Shown one piece after another: positions 39,912-49,926 of a stretch of 64,000 nucleotides of DNA. A model generated the notes under the pieces. It worked only from the letters and a program-made list of their open reading frames with translations, was not told the origin of the DNA and made no database searches. The first letter of the stretch is position 1. Each line of letters begins with the position of its first letter. Source of the stretch: Arcobacteraceae bacterium (GTDB lineage: Bacteria > Campylobacterota > Campylobacteria > Campylobacterales > Arcobacteraceae); assembly GCA_965224485.1 (NCBI GenBank), contig CBDCZH010000010.1, forward strand, positions 256,001-320,000, written 5' to 3'. A program made the position numbers and the translations under genes.

Positions 39912-40480
39912 TGAAAAACCTTATAAAAGAAGAGTTTGACTCTCACTTAGAAACCATACAAAAAGTTATATCTACTATGGGTGAACCTTTAGAAGAAGCA
40001 GGTAAATTATTAGTAGAAACATTAAAAGCTGGTAATAAAATCTTATTTTTTGGAAATGGTGGAAGTGCTGCTGATGCCCAACATTTAGCCGCTGAGTTAA
40101 CTGGACGTTATAAGACTGAGCGAAAAGGACTACCTGGTATTGCACTTACGACTGATACTTCTGCTTTAACTGCTATTGCAAATGATTATGGTTATGATGT
40201 TGTTTTTTCAAGACAAGTAGAAGCTCTAGCTTTGAAAGGTGATTTATTATTAGGTATTTCAACTTCAGGAAACTCAAAAAATGTTATAAATGCTTTTAAA
40301 GTAGGACGTGAACTTGGCTGTAAAACTATAGGTTTTAGTGGTCGAGATGGAGGAGAGATGAATGAATACTGTGATATTAATTTAGTAGTTCCTTCAAATA
40401 ATACTCCCCGAATTCAAGAAATGCATATACTTTTTGGTCATACACTTTGCCAAATAATTGATAATGCTTTTGATGAATAA
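39911..40480 (+). CDS. gmhA: Sedoheptulose-7-phosphate isomerase
   Basis: [25 protein letters not shown]. Confidence 0.95.
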   Translation: MKNLIKEEFDSHLETIQKVISTMGEPLEEAGKLLVETLKAGNKILFFGNGGSAADAQHLAAELTGRYKTERKGLPGIALTTDTSALTAIANDYGYDVVFSRQVEALALKGDLLLGISTSGNSKNVINAFKVGRELGCKTIGFSGRDGGEMNEYCDINLVVPSNNTPRIQEMHILFGHTLCQIIDNAFDE

Positions 40481-40517
40481 TTGTTGGTTTATAGTTTAAT
40501 CGTTGATGGTTGATAGT
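40481..40517 (+). repeat. Degenerate heptamer tract (G/T-rich orientation) after gmhA
   Basis: ttgttgg tttatag tttaatcg ttgatgg ttgatag; the reverse complement shares AACTATAAACCAA exactly with the gmhB tract. Confidence 0.6.
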
Positions 40518-40544
40518 AAAAATATATAAAATTTAGGAAATAAA

Positions 40545-41087
40545 ATGACCTTAAGTATAGAAGATAAAGAGATTATAAATAAAGCAATAAGAGATATACC
40601 TGATTTTCCTAAAGAAGGAATAGTTTTTAAAGATATTACTACTTTACTTAATGATAAAGTTGCTTACCAAACATTGATGAATCATTTAGAATCAAGATAT
40701 AAGTCTTATAATTTAGAGTATATTGCTGGTATTGATGCTAGAGGTTTTATTTTTGGAGCTGCTTTAGCAGATAGATTAAAAATCGGTTTTGTTCCTATAA
40801 GAAAGAAAGGAAAACTTCCTTCAACTACTGTTTGTGAAAAGTATGAGCTAGAATATGGTTTTGATGAGGTAGAAGTTCATCTTGATGCCTTTCCTATAAA
40901 AGGTGCGAATGTTCTTTTAATTGATGACTTATTGGCAACTGGTGGAACAGCAAGAGCGGCTGCTAAATTAATTAAGAAATTAGATGTAAACTTAGTAGAA
41001 GCGTGTTTTTTAATAAACTTAACTTTTTTAGAAGGGTCTAAGAAAGTTGAAGAATTTACAGATGTTTATTCTATTTTAGAGCTTTAG
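40545..41087 (+). CDS. apt: Adenine phosphoribosyltransferase
   Basis: [33 protein letters not shown]. Confidence 0.95.
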   Translation: MTLSIEDKEIINKAIRDIPDFPKEGIVFKDITTLLNDKVAYQTLMNHLESRYKSYNLEYIAGIDARGFIFGAALADRLKIGFVPIRKKGKLPSTTVCEKYELEYGFDEVEVHLDAFPIKGANVLLIDDLLATGGTARAAAKLIKKLDVNLVEACFLINLTFLEGSKKVEEFTDVYSILEL

Positions 41088-41168
41088 TTTTGGTGATTGT
41101 AGGTTTTGAAGTTTATAAGTTTTTAAGTTAGTAAGTTTTTAGCTTAGTGATTGCTGCTTTTAAGTTTT
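41085..41168 (+). repeat. Degenerate octamer tandem tract (AAGTTTTT-like) upstream of four-helix-bundle gene 1
   Basis: aggttttg aagtttat aagttttt aagttagt aagttttt agcttagt. Confidence 0.75.
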
Positions 41169-41184
41169 TTATTTAGGAGATGAT

Positions 41185-41559
41185 TTGGCTGGATGGAGAG
41201 AGTTAATAGTTTGGCAAAAAAGCCATAAGTTAGTTTTAGATATTTATACTCTTATAACTAAATTTCCTAGTTCTGAAAAGTTTGCTATTTGTGACCAACT
41301 TAAACGATCAGCTTATAGTGTTCCTTCTAATATTGTTGAAGGACATGCTAAAAACTCTAGTAAAGATTTTTTAAGATATTTATATATATCAAGAGGTTCT
41401 TTAGAAGAATTAAGATATTTTGTATTTTTATCTTTTGAACTTAATTATATAAATCAAAAAAGTTATTCAAATATTGAGATAAAGATTGAAGAGATTAGTA
41501 AACTATTAAATAGTTTTATAAAAAGTATTAAAATCAAGGAAAAAAATGGCACACAATGA
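41185..41559 (+). CDS. Four-helix-bundle protein (23S rRNA-IVP / Avd-like family)
   Basis: [57 protein letters not shown] before TTG. Confidence 0.9.
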   Translation: MAGWRELIVWQKSHKLVLDIYTLITKFPSSEKFAICDQLKRSAYSVPSNIVEGHAKNSSKDFLRYLYISRGSLEELRYFVFLSFELNYINQKSYSNIEIKIEEISKLLNSFIKSIKIKEKNGTQ

Positions 41560-42820
41560 TACTAGTAACTTAGAAACTAAAAAACCTAAAAACTTAGAAA
41601 CAAATAATACTCAAAAAATGTACATCCCTAAACCTTCTATTTTTGACCCTGATTCAAATGGACATTTTGGAGAATTTGGTGGACGTTATGTTCCTGAAAC
41701 TCTTATGCCTGCTTTATTAGAACTTGAAAAAGAGTATGAAAAATATAGATTTGATAAAGAATTTTGGAGTGAAGTTGATTATTTATTAAAAGATTATGTA
41801 GGACGTGAAAACCCTTTATATTTTGCTAAAAATATAAGTGAAGAAATAGGGGCAAAGGTATATTTAAAAAGAGAAGATTTAAATCATACAGGTGCTCATA
41901 AAATAAATAATGTAATTGCCCAAGGTTTACTTGCTAAAAAACTTGGAAAAACTAAAGTAATTGCTGAAACTGGAGCTGGACAGCATGGGGTTGCTACTGC
42001 AACTATTGCTGCTCTTTTAGGTTTAGAATGTACTGTATTTATGGGTGCTAAAGATGTAAAACGTCAAGAACTAAATGTATTTAGAATGAAACTTTTAGGT
42101 GCTAAAGTTGTTGCTGTTGAAACAGGAAGCAAAACCTTAAAAGATGCTATGAATGAAGCTATTCGTTTTTGGGTAACTAATGCTAGAGATACTTTTTATA
42201 TAATAGGAACAGTAGCAGGTCCTCATCCTTATCCTATGATGGTTAGAGATTTTCAAGCAATTATTGGCTATGAAGCAAGAGCCCAAATTCTTAAAAAAGA
42301 GAATAAACTTCCTGATTATGTTATTGCTTGTATTGGTGGGGGTTCTAACGCTATTGGTATTTTCTCTCACTTCTTAGAAGATAAGGAAACTACCTGTATT
42401 GGTATTGAAGCTGGTGGTTTAGGACTTGATACAAATAAACATGGTTGCTCACTAGAAAAAGGAAGCCCTGGGGTTTTACATGGTCAGTGTTCATATTTAC
42501 TTCAAGATGAAGATGGGCAAGTTTTAGAAGCACATAGTATATCAGCAGGACTTGATTATCCTGGCATTGGCCCTGAACATAGTTTCCATAAAATTAATAA
42601 ATCAGTTTGCTATGATAGTATTACTGATAAAGAAGCCTTAGATGCTTTTGTTTGGTTAAGTCAAAAAGAAGGTATTATTCCAGCATTTGAAAGCTCTCAT
42701 GCTATTGCTTATTTAAAAAAAGCAAAAAATAAACTAAAAGGTAAATTAGTTATTGTAAACCTTTCTGGACGAGGTGATAAAGATATGGAACAAGCAAAAG
42801 ACTTATTAAAATTTGACTAG
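41546..42820 (+). CDS. trpB: Tryptophan synthase beta subunit (24-aa repeat-derived leader; alternative start 41618)
   Basis: [52 protein letters not shown]. Confidence 0.95.
   Translation: MAHNDTSNLETKKPKNLETNNTQKMYIPKPSIFDPDSNGHFGEFGGRYVPETLMPALLELEKEYEKYRFDKEFWSEVDYLLKDYVGRENPLYFAKNISEEIGAKVYLKREDLNHTGAHKINNVIAQGLLAKKLGKTKVIAETGAGQHGVATATIAALLGLECTVFMGAKDVKRQELNVFRMKLLGAKVVAVETGSKTLKDAMNEAIRFWVTNARDTFYIIGTVAGPHPYPMMVRDFQAIIGYEARAQILKKENKLPDYVIACIGGGSNAIGIFSHFLEDKETTCIGIEAGGLGLDTNKHGCSLEKGSPGVLHGQCSYLLQDEDGQVLEAHSISAGLDYPGIGPEHSFHKINKSVCYDSITDKEALDAFVWLSQKEGIIPAFESSHAIAYLKKAKNKLKGKLVIVNLSGRGDKDMEQAKDLLKFD
41563..41602 (+). repeat. Degenerate octamer tract (TA(G/A)AAACT), inverse of 41085-41168
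   Basis: tagtaact tagaaact aaaaaacc taaaaact tagaaaca. Confidence 0.75.
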
Positions 42821-42831
42821 GAATTAAATAA

Positions 42832-43515
42832 ATGAAGAAACTATTAAAGAAAAATTCTGGAAAGATTTTGTTTGCAGTTGTTGCAACATTTTTTTCCTTT
42901 TTAATTTATAATTTATATGCAGCTCCTGTAAGTGGAATAGAAAATAAATTTATGTATTTATTAAAAACATATGGTTATATTATATTATTTGCTTGGAGTA
43001 TATTAGAAGGTGAAGCTGGTTTAATAATGGCTGGTCTTTTATCTCATGCGGGTGAAATGAACTTATATATGGCTATTTTTGTAGCTGGACTTGGTGGTTT
43101 TGCTGGAGATCAAATATATTTTTATATAGGAAGATTTAACAAATCATATGTACATAGAAAGTTTAAAGGGCAGCGACGTAAGTTTGCCTTATCTCATTTA
43201 TTATTACAAAAATATGGTTGGCCTATAATTTTTGCTCAAAGATATATGTACGGAATGAGAACAATAATTCCTATTTCAATAGGACTTACACGATATAGCG
43301 CAAAAATGTTTGCTTTTATAAATCTTATTTCTGCTTGGTGTTGGGCAACTATTACCATAGTTCCAGCTTGGTATTTTGGTGAAGAGATTTTAGAGATGTT
43401 ACAATTAGCAAAACAATATTGGTATTTTGCACTTCCTTTTGTTCTCGGTTTTGGATTTGCAATTATATATTATTTTAGAAAAATGACTGAAAAAAAGGAA
43501 AAAAATGTTAATTAA
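42832..43515 (+). CDS. DedA-family membrane protein
   Basis: LEGE, GDQIYFYIGR, QRYMYGMR. Confidence 0.88.
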   Translation: MKKLLKKNSGKILFAVVATFFSFLIYNLYAAPVSGIENKFMYLLKTYGYIILFAWSILEGEAGLIMAGLLSHAGEMNLYMAIFVAGLGGFAGDQIYFYIGRFNKSYVHRKFKGQRRKFALSHLLLQKYGWPIIFAQRYMYGMRTIIPISIGLTRYSAKMFAFINLISAWCWATITIVPAWYFGEEILEMLQLAKQYWYFALPFVLGFGFAIIYYFRKMTEKKEKNVN

Positions 43516-44941
43516 TTTAAGTGATAAAAGTTTAAAGAACATAGAAGTAGATATTGAAATTATAATAATAAACAAAAGAGATTTAGATTTAACTGCTGAT
43601 GAAAATATTTTAAAAAATTTAAATTTTAAAGCAAGTGATGAAGAAGTAGTTTTTTTAATACAGAGTAAAAAAATATATGTAGGTTATGAAGATAATTCAT
43701 ATGATTCATATGCAATTGCAATCAGTGCCGCAATTAAAGAATTGAAAAAAACAAATTTTTCTACATATAAAATCAAACTTTTTAAAGATGAAGAATTATG
43801 TTTAAAAGCCTTTGTTGAAGGTGCTGTTTTAGCATCTTATTCATTTAATAAGTATAAAAGCAAGAAAACTAAAGAGATAAAACGTGAACTAATTATTTCT
43901 TGTAATAAAATAAATACAAAACTAATAAATATTTTAGAAGATTCAATGATAATTTCTAAAAGTGTGAACAAAGTAAGAAGTTTTGTAAATACTACTCCTG
44001 AAGATTTTTTCCCAGAGACTATGAGTAAAGAAGCTGCAAAAATTGCGAAAAATGATGATGTTTCTATCAAAGTTTATGGTGAAAAATATTTAGATAAGCA
44101 TAAAATGCACTCTATGTTGAGTGTAGGTCGTGCCTCAAGACATGAATCAAAACTAATACATCTTACATATAAACCAAAAAATGCTAAGAAAAAAATAGTT
44201 TTAGTTGGAAAAGGTTTAACATATGATTCAGGTGGACTTTCTTTAAAACCAGCAGAATATATGTTAACTATGAAGTCTGATAAATCAGGTGGTTGTGCTG
44301 TTTTAGGAATGATAGATGCAATTTCACTTTTAAAACTTCCTATTGAAGTTCATGGTGTTATTGGAGCAGTTGAGAATATGATAGGTGGAGATGCTTTTAA
44401 ACCTGATGATGTATTAGTTGCTAAAAATGGTAAAACTATTGAAGTTAAAAATACAGATGCAGAAGGAAGACTAGTACTAGCTGATTGTTTATGTTTTGCT
44501 CAAGATAAAATTAAAAACCTTGATTATATTTTTGATTATGCAACACTAACAGGAGCTTGTGTGGTTGGAGTTGGTGAGTATACTACTGCTATTATGGGAA
44601 ATAATACTTCATTAAGATGTAAAGCAATTGCAAATGCTTCAAGAGCTGGAGAGTATGCTACTTCTTTACCTTTTAATAGATTTTTAAAACAATCAATAAA
44701 ATCAGAAATAGCTGATATTTCAAATCTTGGAAAAAGTAGATATGGTGGGGCTATTACAGCAGCACTGTTTTTAGATCATTTTATAAAAGATGAAAATAAA
44801 GACAAGTGGTTGCATTATGATATAGCTGGACCTGCTTATGTGGAACACTCTTGGGGATATAATCCTTTTGGAGCAAGTGGAGCTGGTGTTCGTATGACTA
44901 TTGAGTTTTTAAAAAATCTTGATTTAAATTCTAAACACTAG
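43505..44941 (+). CDS. pepA: Leucyl aminopeptidase (M17)
   Basis: VGKGLTYDSGG, MKSDKSG, NTDAEGRL, ATLTGA. Confidence 0.95.
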   Translation: MLINLSDKSLKNIEVDIEIIIINKRDLDLTADENILKNLNFKASDEEVVFLIQSKKIYVGYEDNSYDSYAIAISAAIKELKKTNFSTYKIKLFKDEELCLKAFVEGAVLASYSFNKYKSKKTKEIKRELIISCNKINTKLINILEDSMIISKSVNKVRSFVNTTPEDFFPETMSKEAAKIAKNDDVSIKVYGEKYLDKHKMHSMLSVGRASRHESKLIHLTYKPKNAKKKIVLVGKGLTYDSGGLSLKPAEYMLTMKSDKSGGCAVLGMIDAISLLKLPIEVHGVIGAVENMIGGDAFKPDDVLVAKNGKTIEVKNTDAEGRLVLADCLCFAQDKIKNLDYIFDYATLTGACVVGVGEYTTAIMGNNTSLRCKAIANASRAGEYATSLPFNRFLKQSIKSEIADISNLGKSRYGGAITAALFLDHFIKDENKDKWLHYDIAGPAYVEHSWGYNPFGASGAGVRMTIEFLKNLDLNSKH

Positions 44942-44943
44942 TT

Positions 44944-44975
44944 AAAAAGAAGTAAGATTTTCTTACTTCTTTTTT
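44944..44975 (+). terminator. Intrinsic terminator after pepA
   Basis: AAAAAGAAGTAAGA-TTT-TCTTACTTCTTTTT. Confidence 0.8.
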
Positions 44976-44988
44976 ATTGATTTTAAAT

Positions 44989-45009
44989 ATATACTATACT
45001 AGGGTATAT
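44989..45009. promoter_or_regulatory. Candidate CsoR/RcnR-family operator
   Basis: ATATAC-TATACTAGG-GTATAT inverted repeat with a short G-tract immediately upstream of the repressor gene. Confidence 0.55.
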
Positions 45010-45025
45010 CATAATAAGGAATACG

Positions 45026-45325
45026 ATGGCATATTGTTGTGAAGTTGAGAGAAAAAAACTACAAAATAGAATAAATAGAATAGCTGGCCAGGTAAATTCT
45101 TTAAAAAATAAGTTCTCAGATGAAACTTTTAATTTAGAAAGTGACCCTTACGAAACGATTAGACAATTAACTGCTGTTAAGGGTGCGTTAAATGGAATGA
45201 TAACTTCTTATATTGAACACTATGCTAAAGGTCATATGGTAAGTAAAATTAAAGAAGGTAGCCAAGCTGATTCTGAAGCACAAATCGATAATCTCTTAGA
45301 AATCATAAAAGTATTTGGTAAATAA
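45026..45325 (+). CDS. CsoR/RcnR/FrmR-family transcriptional repressor
   Basis: LQNRINRIAGQV...QLTAVKGAL...IEH. Confidence 0.8.
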   Translation: MAYCCEVERKKLQNRINRIAGQVNSLKNKFSDETFNLESDPYETIRQLTAVKGALNGMITSYIEHYAKGHMVSKIKEGSQADSEAQIDNLLEIIKVFGK

Positions 45326-45354
45326 GAAGTATTAGTATTTTAATACTTCTTATT
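45321..45354. terminator. Bidirectional terminator between convergent genes
   Basis: AATAAGAAGTATTA-GTATTT-TAATACTTCTTATT. Confidence 0.75.
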
Positions 45355-45363
45355 TTATTTATT

Positions 45364-47379
45364 TTAAAATCTATATGTTAGTTGAACACCTATTTCTCTT
45401 GGTTGTGAATAAATAACATATTGGCTGTTATATCCATTTATATTATGCTCTTTATTAAATAAATTCTTAGCATATAAATGAATTTCATAACTTTGCGTTT
45501 CATATCCTATTTTTGTATCAACTAAGTTATATGCTGGAACTTTGTTTTTGTTTTCTTTATCTGTGTAAATTGAAGAAAAACCACTAATATCTGCTCTTGC
45601 AAAATAACCATCACTATTTCTATATGATAAACCTATATTATAATTATATTTTGGAGAATAAATATTCTCATTTCCTTTATGATTTACTATTCCTAATGGT
45701 ATACCTGCTTGCGAAAATATATTATCTTCAAAATCTTCAAATTGTGTTTTATTTAAACCAAGGCTAGTGAAAAATGTAAAAGAATCATTTATTTTATAAT
45801 TCACTTCAAGCTCTAAACCCTTAGATGTTGATTTTCCAGCATTTGATGTATATCCTTCAAAAGGACTTAATGCAGTTTTTACTTGCATATCAGCTATATC
45901 CATATAATATAAGCTGAAATTTACTAGTAGTTTGTCTTTTAATAACTTGTTTTTCATTCCTAATTCATATGAAAGTAAAGATTCCTGTTCAAAACTATTT
46001 AGATGATTTGCCCTTTGAGAAGAACTTGTATTAAAGCCGCCAGCTCTGTATCCTTTAGCTATATTTATATAAGCCATTTGACTTTTATTAAAAGAATAAT
46101 TTAATGCTAATTTAGGAGAAATAGCATCAAAACTTTTTGATTTCTTATATCCCGTATGTTCTTTTTTTTCTTTGTCATATCTTATTCCTCCAAGTATAGA
46201 TACTTTTTCATTTAAATCATAAGTCAAATGAGCAAATATACCTATAGACTTACTATCAATTGGATCATGTATTACATTTGTTGTACCTATTTGTTCACTA
46301 TAAAAGTTTACTTTGTCTTTATCTAAATAAAGTCCTGCTAAGTAATGAATATTATTTAAAGAAGAGCTTATTCTAAACTCTTGGGCGATAGTTGTAAAGT
46401 TATTCTTATTTGGTCTTTTCTCATGGTAAGTGTATTGATATTTTGGATCACTTGGATTAGAGAAATCCCAATCTTGTTGGGCATTATCTTTATATTTTCT
46501 ATACGAACTAATTGATTCTAATTTTAAATCATTTACCTTGTATTGTATTTTTAAAGAGTTTAAATTAGTTATTGATTTATTAAAACCATTGAGGTCAGAT
46601 TTAACTTCTCTATTTTTTGCTGTAGTTAATCCTATTAAACTATCTGTATCATCATATTTAACTAGTGATGAAATTAATGATACTTCTAAATTATCATTAG
46701 GAGTTGCTCTTAAATTAACTTTCCCATAAATATTTTCTCTCGAACCCACTTTTTTATCTAAATTTGTATTATTTAAAAAACCATCTTTTTTTGATTTTCT
46801 AAAAGATATTCCAGCATATAATTTATCTTTGATAAGGGGACCACTAATGATTGCATTTACTTCTTTTTTATTATTACTTGCAAATGAAAAGGCTAATTTA
46901 CCTTGAATTTCATTACTTGGTTTTTTACTAATTATGTTTATAACACCAGCTTGTGCATTTTTACCATAAAGTGTTCCTTGTGGACCTTTTAAAATCTCAA
47001 CTCTTTGCACATCAAAAATTGCAGTATTGTAACCTAAACCATTAAGTATAGGAACTCCATCTACGAACATTACAATAGGAGTATTGAAATTATGAAAATC
47101 TCCATGTAAACCTCTAATTGTTGGACTTCCTACTCCTGATGTTCCTTGATTAACAAAAGAGAAACTAGGTGTTATCTTAGTTAAATCCTCCATTTTATCA
47201 ATATTTTTATCTTCTATTAAAAATTCATCAACAACATTTATACTAATAGGTACATGCTGCATATCTTGTTCAACTTTTTGCGCAGTTACTGTAATAGTAT
47301 CTAATTGATTTGATTCTTGTGCATAAACATTACATAATAATGATGCAACAATAATTGAAGTTTTTATATCTAAACGCAT
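45364..47379 (-). CDS. TonB-dependent (siderophore-type) receptor
   Basis: Signal peptide, TonB box DTITVTAQK, plug RVEILKGPQGTLYG, C-terminal YRF. Confidence 0.92.
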   Translation of the reverse strand: MRLDIKTSIIVASLLCNVYAQESNQLDTITVTAQKVEQDMQHVPISINVVDEFLIEDKNIDKMEDLTKITPSFSFVNQGTSGVGSPTIRGLHGDFHNFNTPIVMFVDGVPILNGLGYNTAIFDVQRVEILKGPQGTLYGKNAQAGVINIISKKPSNEIQGKLAFSFASNNKKEVNAIISGPLIKDKLYAGISFRKSKKDGFLNNTNLDKKVGSRENIYGKVNLRATPNDNLEVSLISSLVKYDDTDSLIGLTTAKNREVKSDLNGFNKSITNLNSLKIQYKVNDLKLESISSYRKYKDNAQQDWDFSNPSDPKYQYTYHEKRPNKNNFTTIAQEFRISSSLNNIHYLAGLYLDKDKVNFYSEQIGTTNVIHDPIDSKSIGIFAHLTYDLNEKVSILGGIRYDKEKKEHTGYKKSKSFDAISPKLALNYSFNKSQMAYINIAKGYRAGGFNTSSSQRANHLNSFEQESLLSYELGMKNKLLKDKLLVNFSLYYMDIADMQVKTALSPFEGYTSNAGKSTSKGLELEVNYKINDSFTFFTSLGLNKTQFEDFEDNIFSQAGIPLGIVNHKGNENIYSPKYNYNIGLSYRNSDGYFARADISGFSSIYTDKENKNKVPAYNLVDTKIGYETQSYEIHLYAKNLFNKEHNINGYNSQYVIYSQPREIGVQLTYRF

Positions 47380-47420
47380 TTCTTTCCTTTTATGTAAAAT
47401 TAAATATCTTTAAGTATACT

Positions 47421-47439
47421 AATAAGAATTATCATAATC
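47421..47439. promoter_or_regulatory. Fur box in the divergent receptor/AraC promoter
   Basis: AATAAGAATTATCATAATC matches GATAATGATAATCATTATC at 14/19 positions. Confidence 0.65.
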
Positions 47440-47491
47440 AATAACAAAAAAGTATTTAATGTATTATTTAGAGTTTAAAAAGGATTTATGA

Positions 47492-48472
47492 ATGTCACAC
47501 AAAATTTCTATGGAAGAATTTGGTGAAATTATTACTATTGGAAATAATGAAAATAAAAAATTAAATAAAATTTCTAAATCAGATCAAATATTTAAATCAA
47601 ATTTTGAAGAACTAATATTATCTTCAAATTTATCTGTAATAAAATGGGAAGTTGAAACTAAAGAAGATTTAGAAATTTTTGGTGCATATAAAGATGATTC
47701 TTTATGTATTAGAATTGCAATAAGTGGTAGTATTAATCAATATGAAGAACATTCTAAAAGCAAAATGAACCTAAGCAAAAATGAAATAGCTTGTATTAGT
47801 ATAAAAGAAGTACAAGGACGAGAAGTTTATAAGAAAAATACCAAATACCAAGCTTTAGATATTTATCTTAAAAATGATTTTTTTGATAAACATATGCCAA
47901 CTTTAGCCTCAAAATTCCATACACAAGTTACTCAAACAGATTATTACAATATTATAAAACAAAAAAAGATATACCACCAAGCTGCTCTTTGTGCAAATAA
48001 AATTTTCAACTCTTCTTTTGAAAATAATTTAAATGAACTTTTTATTTATGGTAATATTTTAGAGTTATTATCCTATGAATTACAAGATTTATTTAGTTTA
48101 GAAAAAAACAATATTAAAAGAGTAATTAAGTTTAGTCAATATGATATGGCTGCCCTTGAAAAAGCTAAAGAAATTTTATTTTCTAATTTGGAAAATGCTC
48201 CAAATTTATCAACATTATCAAAGCTTGTAAAATTAAATGAATTCAAACTAAAATATGGTTTTAAAAAGTTTTTTAAAATTACACCTTATCATTTACTTTT
48301 AGAATATAGAATGGAAAAAGCATATTCTTTACTAGAAAAGAGTGAATACAACATAAATGAAATTTCTTCAAATATAGGATATAAGCAAGCTTCAAATTTT
48401 ACAAAAGCATTTTATAAAAAGTATAATATCTTACCAAAAGATTTAATGAAAAATAGAACGTATTATTATTAA
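47492..48472 (+). CDS. AraC-family regulator (PchR/YbtA-like)
   Basis: LNEFKLKYGFKKFF...RMEKA...IGYKQASNFTKAF. Confidence 0.88.
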   Translation: MSHKISMEEFGEIITIGNNENKKLNKISKSDQIFKSNFEELILSSNLSVIKWEVETKEDLEIFGAYKDDSLCIRIAISGSINQYEEHSKSKMNLSKNEIACISIKEVQGREVYKKNTKYQALDIYLKNDFFDKHMPTLASKFHTQVTQTDYYNIIKQKKIYHQAALCANKIFNSSFENNLNELFIYGNILELLSYELQDLFSLEKNNIKRVIKFSQYDMAALEKAKEILFSNLENAPNLSTLSKLVKLNEFKLKYGFKKFFKITPYHLLLEYRMEKAYSLLEKSEYNINEISSNIGYKQASNFTKAFYKKYNILPKDLMKNRTYYY

Positions 48473-48671
48473 ATAGTAAATAAATAAAAAATACTTTCTT
48501 AAATCTTAGAAATATATTCAAGTCTTAATTTTGTAAATAACAGCAATACAAAAGAGTATAAGAAAGCTAAAGTTCAATAAGCTAGTTTTTTGCATTTTTT
48601 GCCTATAATGCGCTAAAACAAAGAGTTTAGTATAAAATAAAATACTTTATAACTTTAATATAAGGAATAAT

Positions 48672-49775
48672 ATGGGATTAGGTGTAGGAATCGTAGGATT
48701 ACCAAATATAGGAAAATCGACAACTTTTAATGCTTTAACAAAAGCACAAAATGCAGAAGCTCAGAACTACCCATTTTGTACAATTGAACCAAATAAAGCA
48801 ATTGTACCAGTTCCTGATAAAAGACTTGATGCTCTAGCAAAAATAGTAGTTCCAGATAAAATACAACATTCAACTATTGATTTTGTTGATATTGCTGGTT
48901 TAGTAAAAGGAGCTTCAAAAGGTGAAGGTTTAGGAAATAAATTTTTATCTAATATTAGAGAAGTTGAAGTAATCTTGCATATGGTTAGATGTTTTGATGA
49001 TGAAAATGTTGTTCATGTTGAAGGTGGAATCGATCCAGTTAGAGATATTGAGATTATTGAAACAGAGCTTATTTACGCTGATATAACACAACTTGATAAA
49101 AAATGTGATAGATTAAAAAAAGATTCAAAGTTTGATAAAATAGCTGCTGCTAAACTTCTAATTGCTGCTGCTCTTTTAGCTCACCTAGAAGAGTTGAAAC
49201 CTGTTTCTTCTTTTGAAAATAGAGACAATGAAGAGTTTGAAGAGCTTGATACTGAACTTAGATTTTTATCAAACAAAGATGTTATTTATGGTGCAAATGT
49301 TGATGAAGATTCATTAGGTGAGGGTGGAAATAAATATGTTGATTTAGTAAAAGAACATGCGTCTGCTGTAAATGCTGATGTAATTGTGCTTTGTGCAAAA
49401 ATCGAAGAAGAACTTATTGGTCTTGAAGAAGATGAAGCACAAGAATTCTTAACTGATTTAGGAGTTGTTGAATCAGGTTTAGAACAAATCATTCACAAAG
49501 CTTTTGATAAACTAGGTCTTCAATCATACTTTACAGCTGGAAAAGTTGAAGTGCGAGCTTGGACTATTAAAAAAGAGACTAAAGCTCCTCAAGCAGCAGC
49601 TGTTATTCATAATGACTTTGAAAAAGGTTTTATTAAAGCAGAAGTAATAGCGTATGAAGATTTTGTAAACTTAGGTGGAGAGCTTAAGTGTAAAGAAGCA
49701 GGTAAACTAAAACTTGAAGGAAAAGATTATATCGTTCAAGATGGTGATATTATGCACTTCAGATTTAATGTTTAA
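48672..49775 (+). CDS. ychF: Redox-regulated ATPase YchF
   Basis: GIVGLPNIGKST, NYPFCTIEPN, DIAGLV, HFRFNV. Confidence 0.96.
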   Translation: MGLGVGIVGLPNIGKSTTFNALTKAQNAEAQNYPFCTIEPNKAIVPVPDKRLDALAKIVVPDKIQHSTIDFVDIAGLVKGASKGEGLGNKFLSNIREVEVILHMVRCFDDENVVHVEGGIDPVRDIEIIETELIYADITQLDKKCDRLKKDSKFDKIAAAKLLIAAALLAHLEELKPVSSFENRDNEEFEELDTELRFLSNKDVIYGANVDEDSLGEGGNKYVDLVKEHASAVNADVIVLCAKIEEELIGLEEDEAQEFLTDLGVVESGLEQIIHKAFDKLGLQSYFTAGKVEVRAWTIKKETKAPQAAAVIHNDFEKGFIKAEVIAYEDFVNLGGELKCKEAGKLKLEGKDYIVQDGDIMHFRFNV

Positions 49776-49796
49776 GAGCTAAGCTCTTAAACATTA
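49766..49796 (+). terminator. Perfect hairpin over the ychF stop codon
   Basis: TAATGTTTAAGAGC-TAA-GCTCTTAAACATTA. Confidence 0.65.
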
Positions 49797-49926
49797 GTCA
49801 TCCACACTAGCAATTTTTTTTTAATAATAAATAAATAATTAACTACTTTGTCCTTTTTAGTTTAAATTAACATAAAGTATGTAGAATATACTGTATTGAT
49901 GTTTAGATTCTCTATTAAGGCTAATA

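Noticed and set aside
41185..41559. 23S rRNA intervening sequence
   Set aside because: Flanks are protein-coding genes; no rRNA sequence is present
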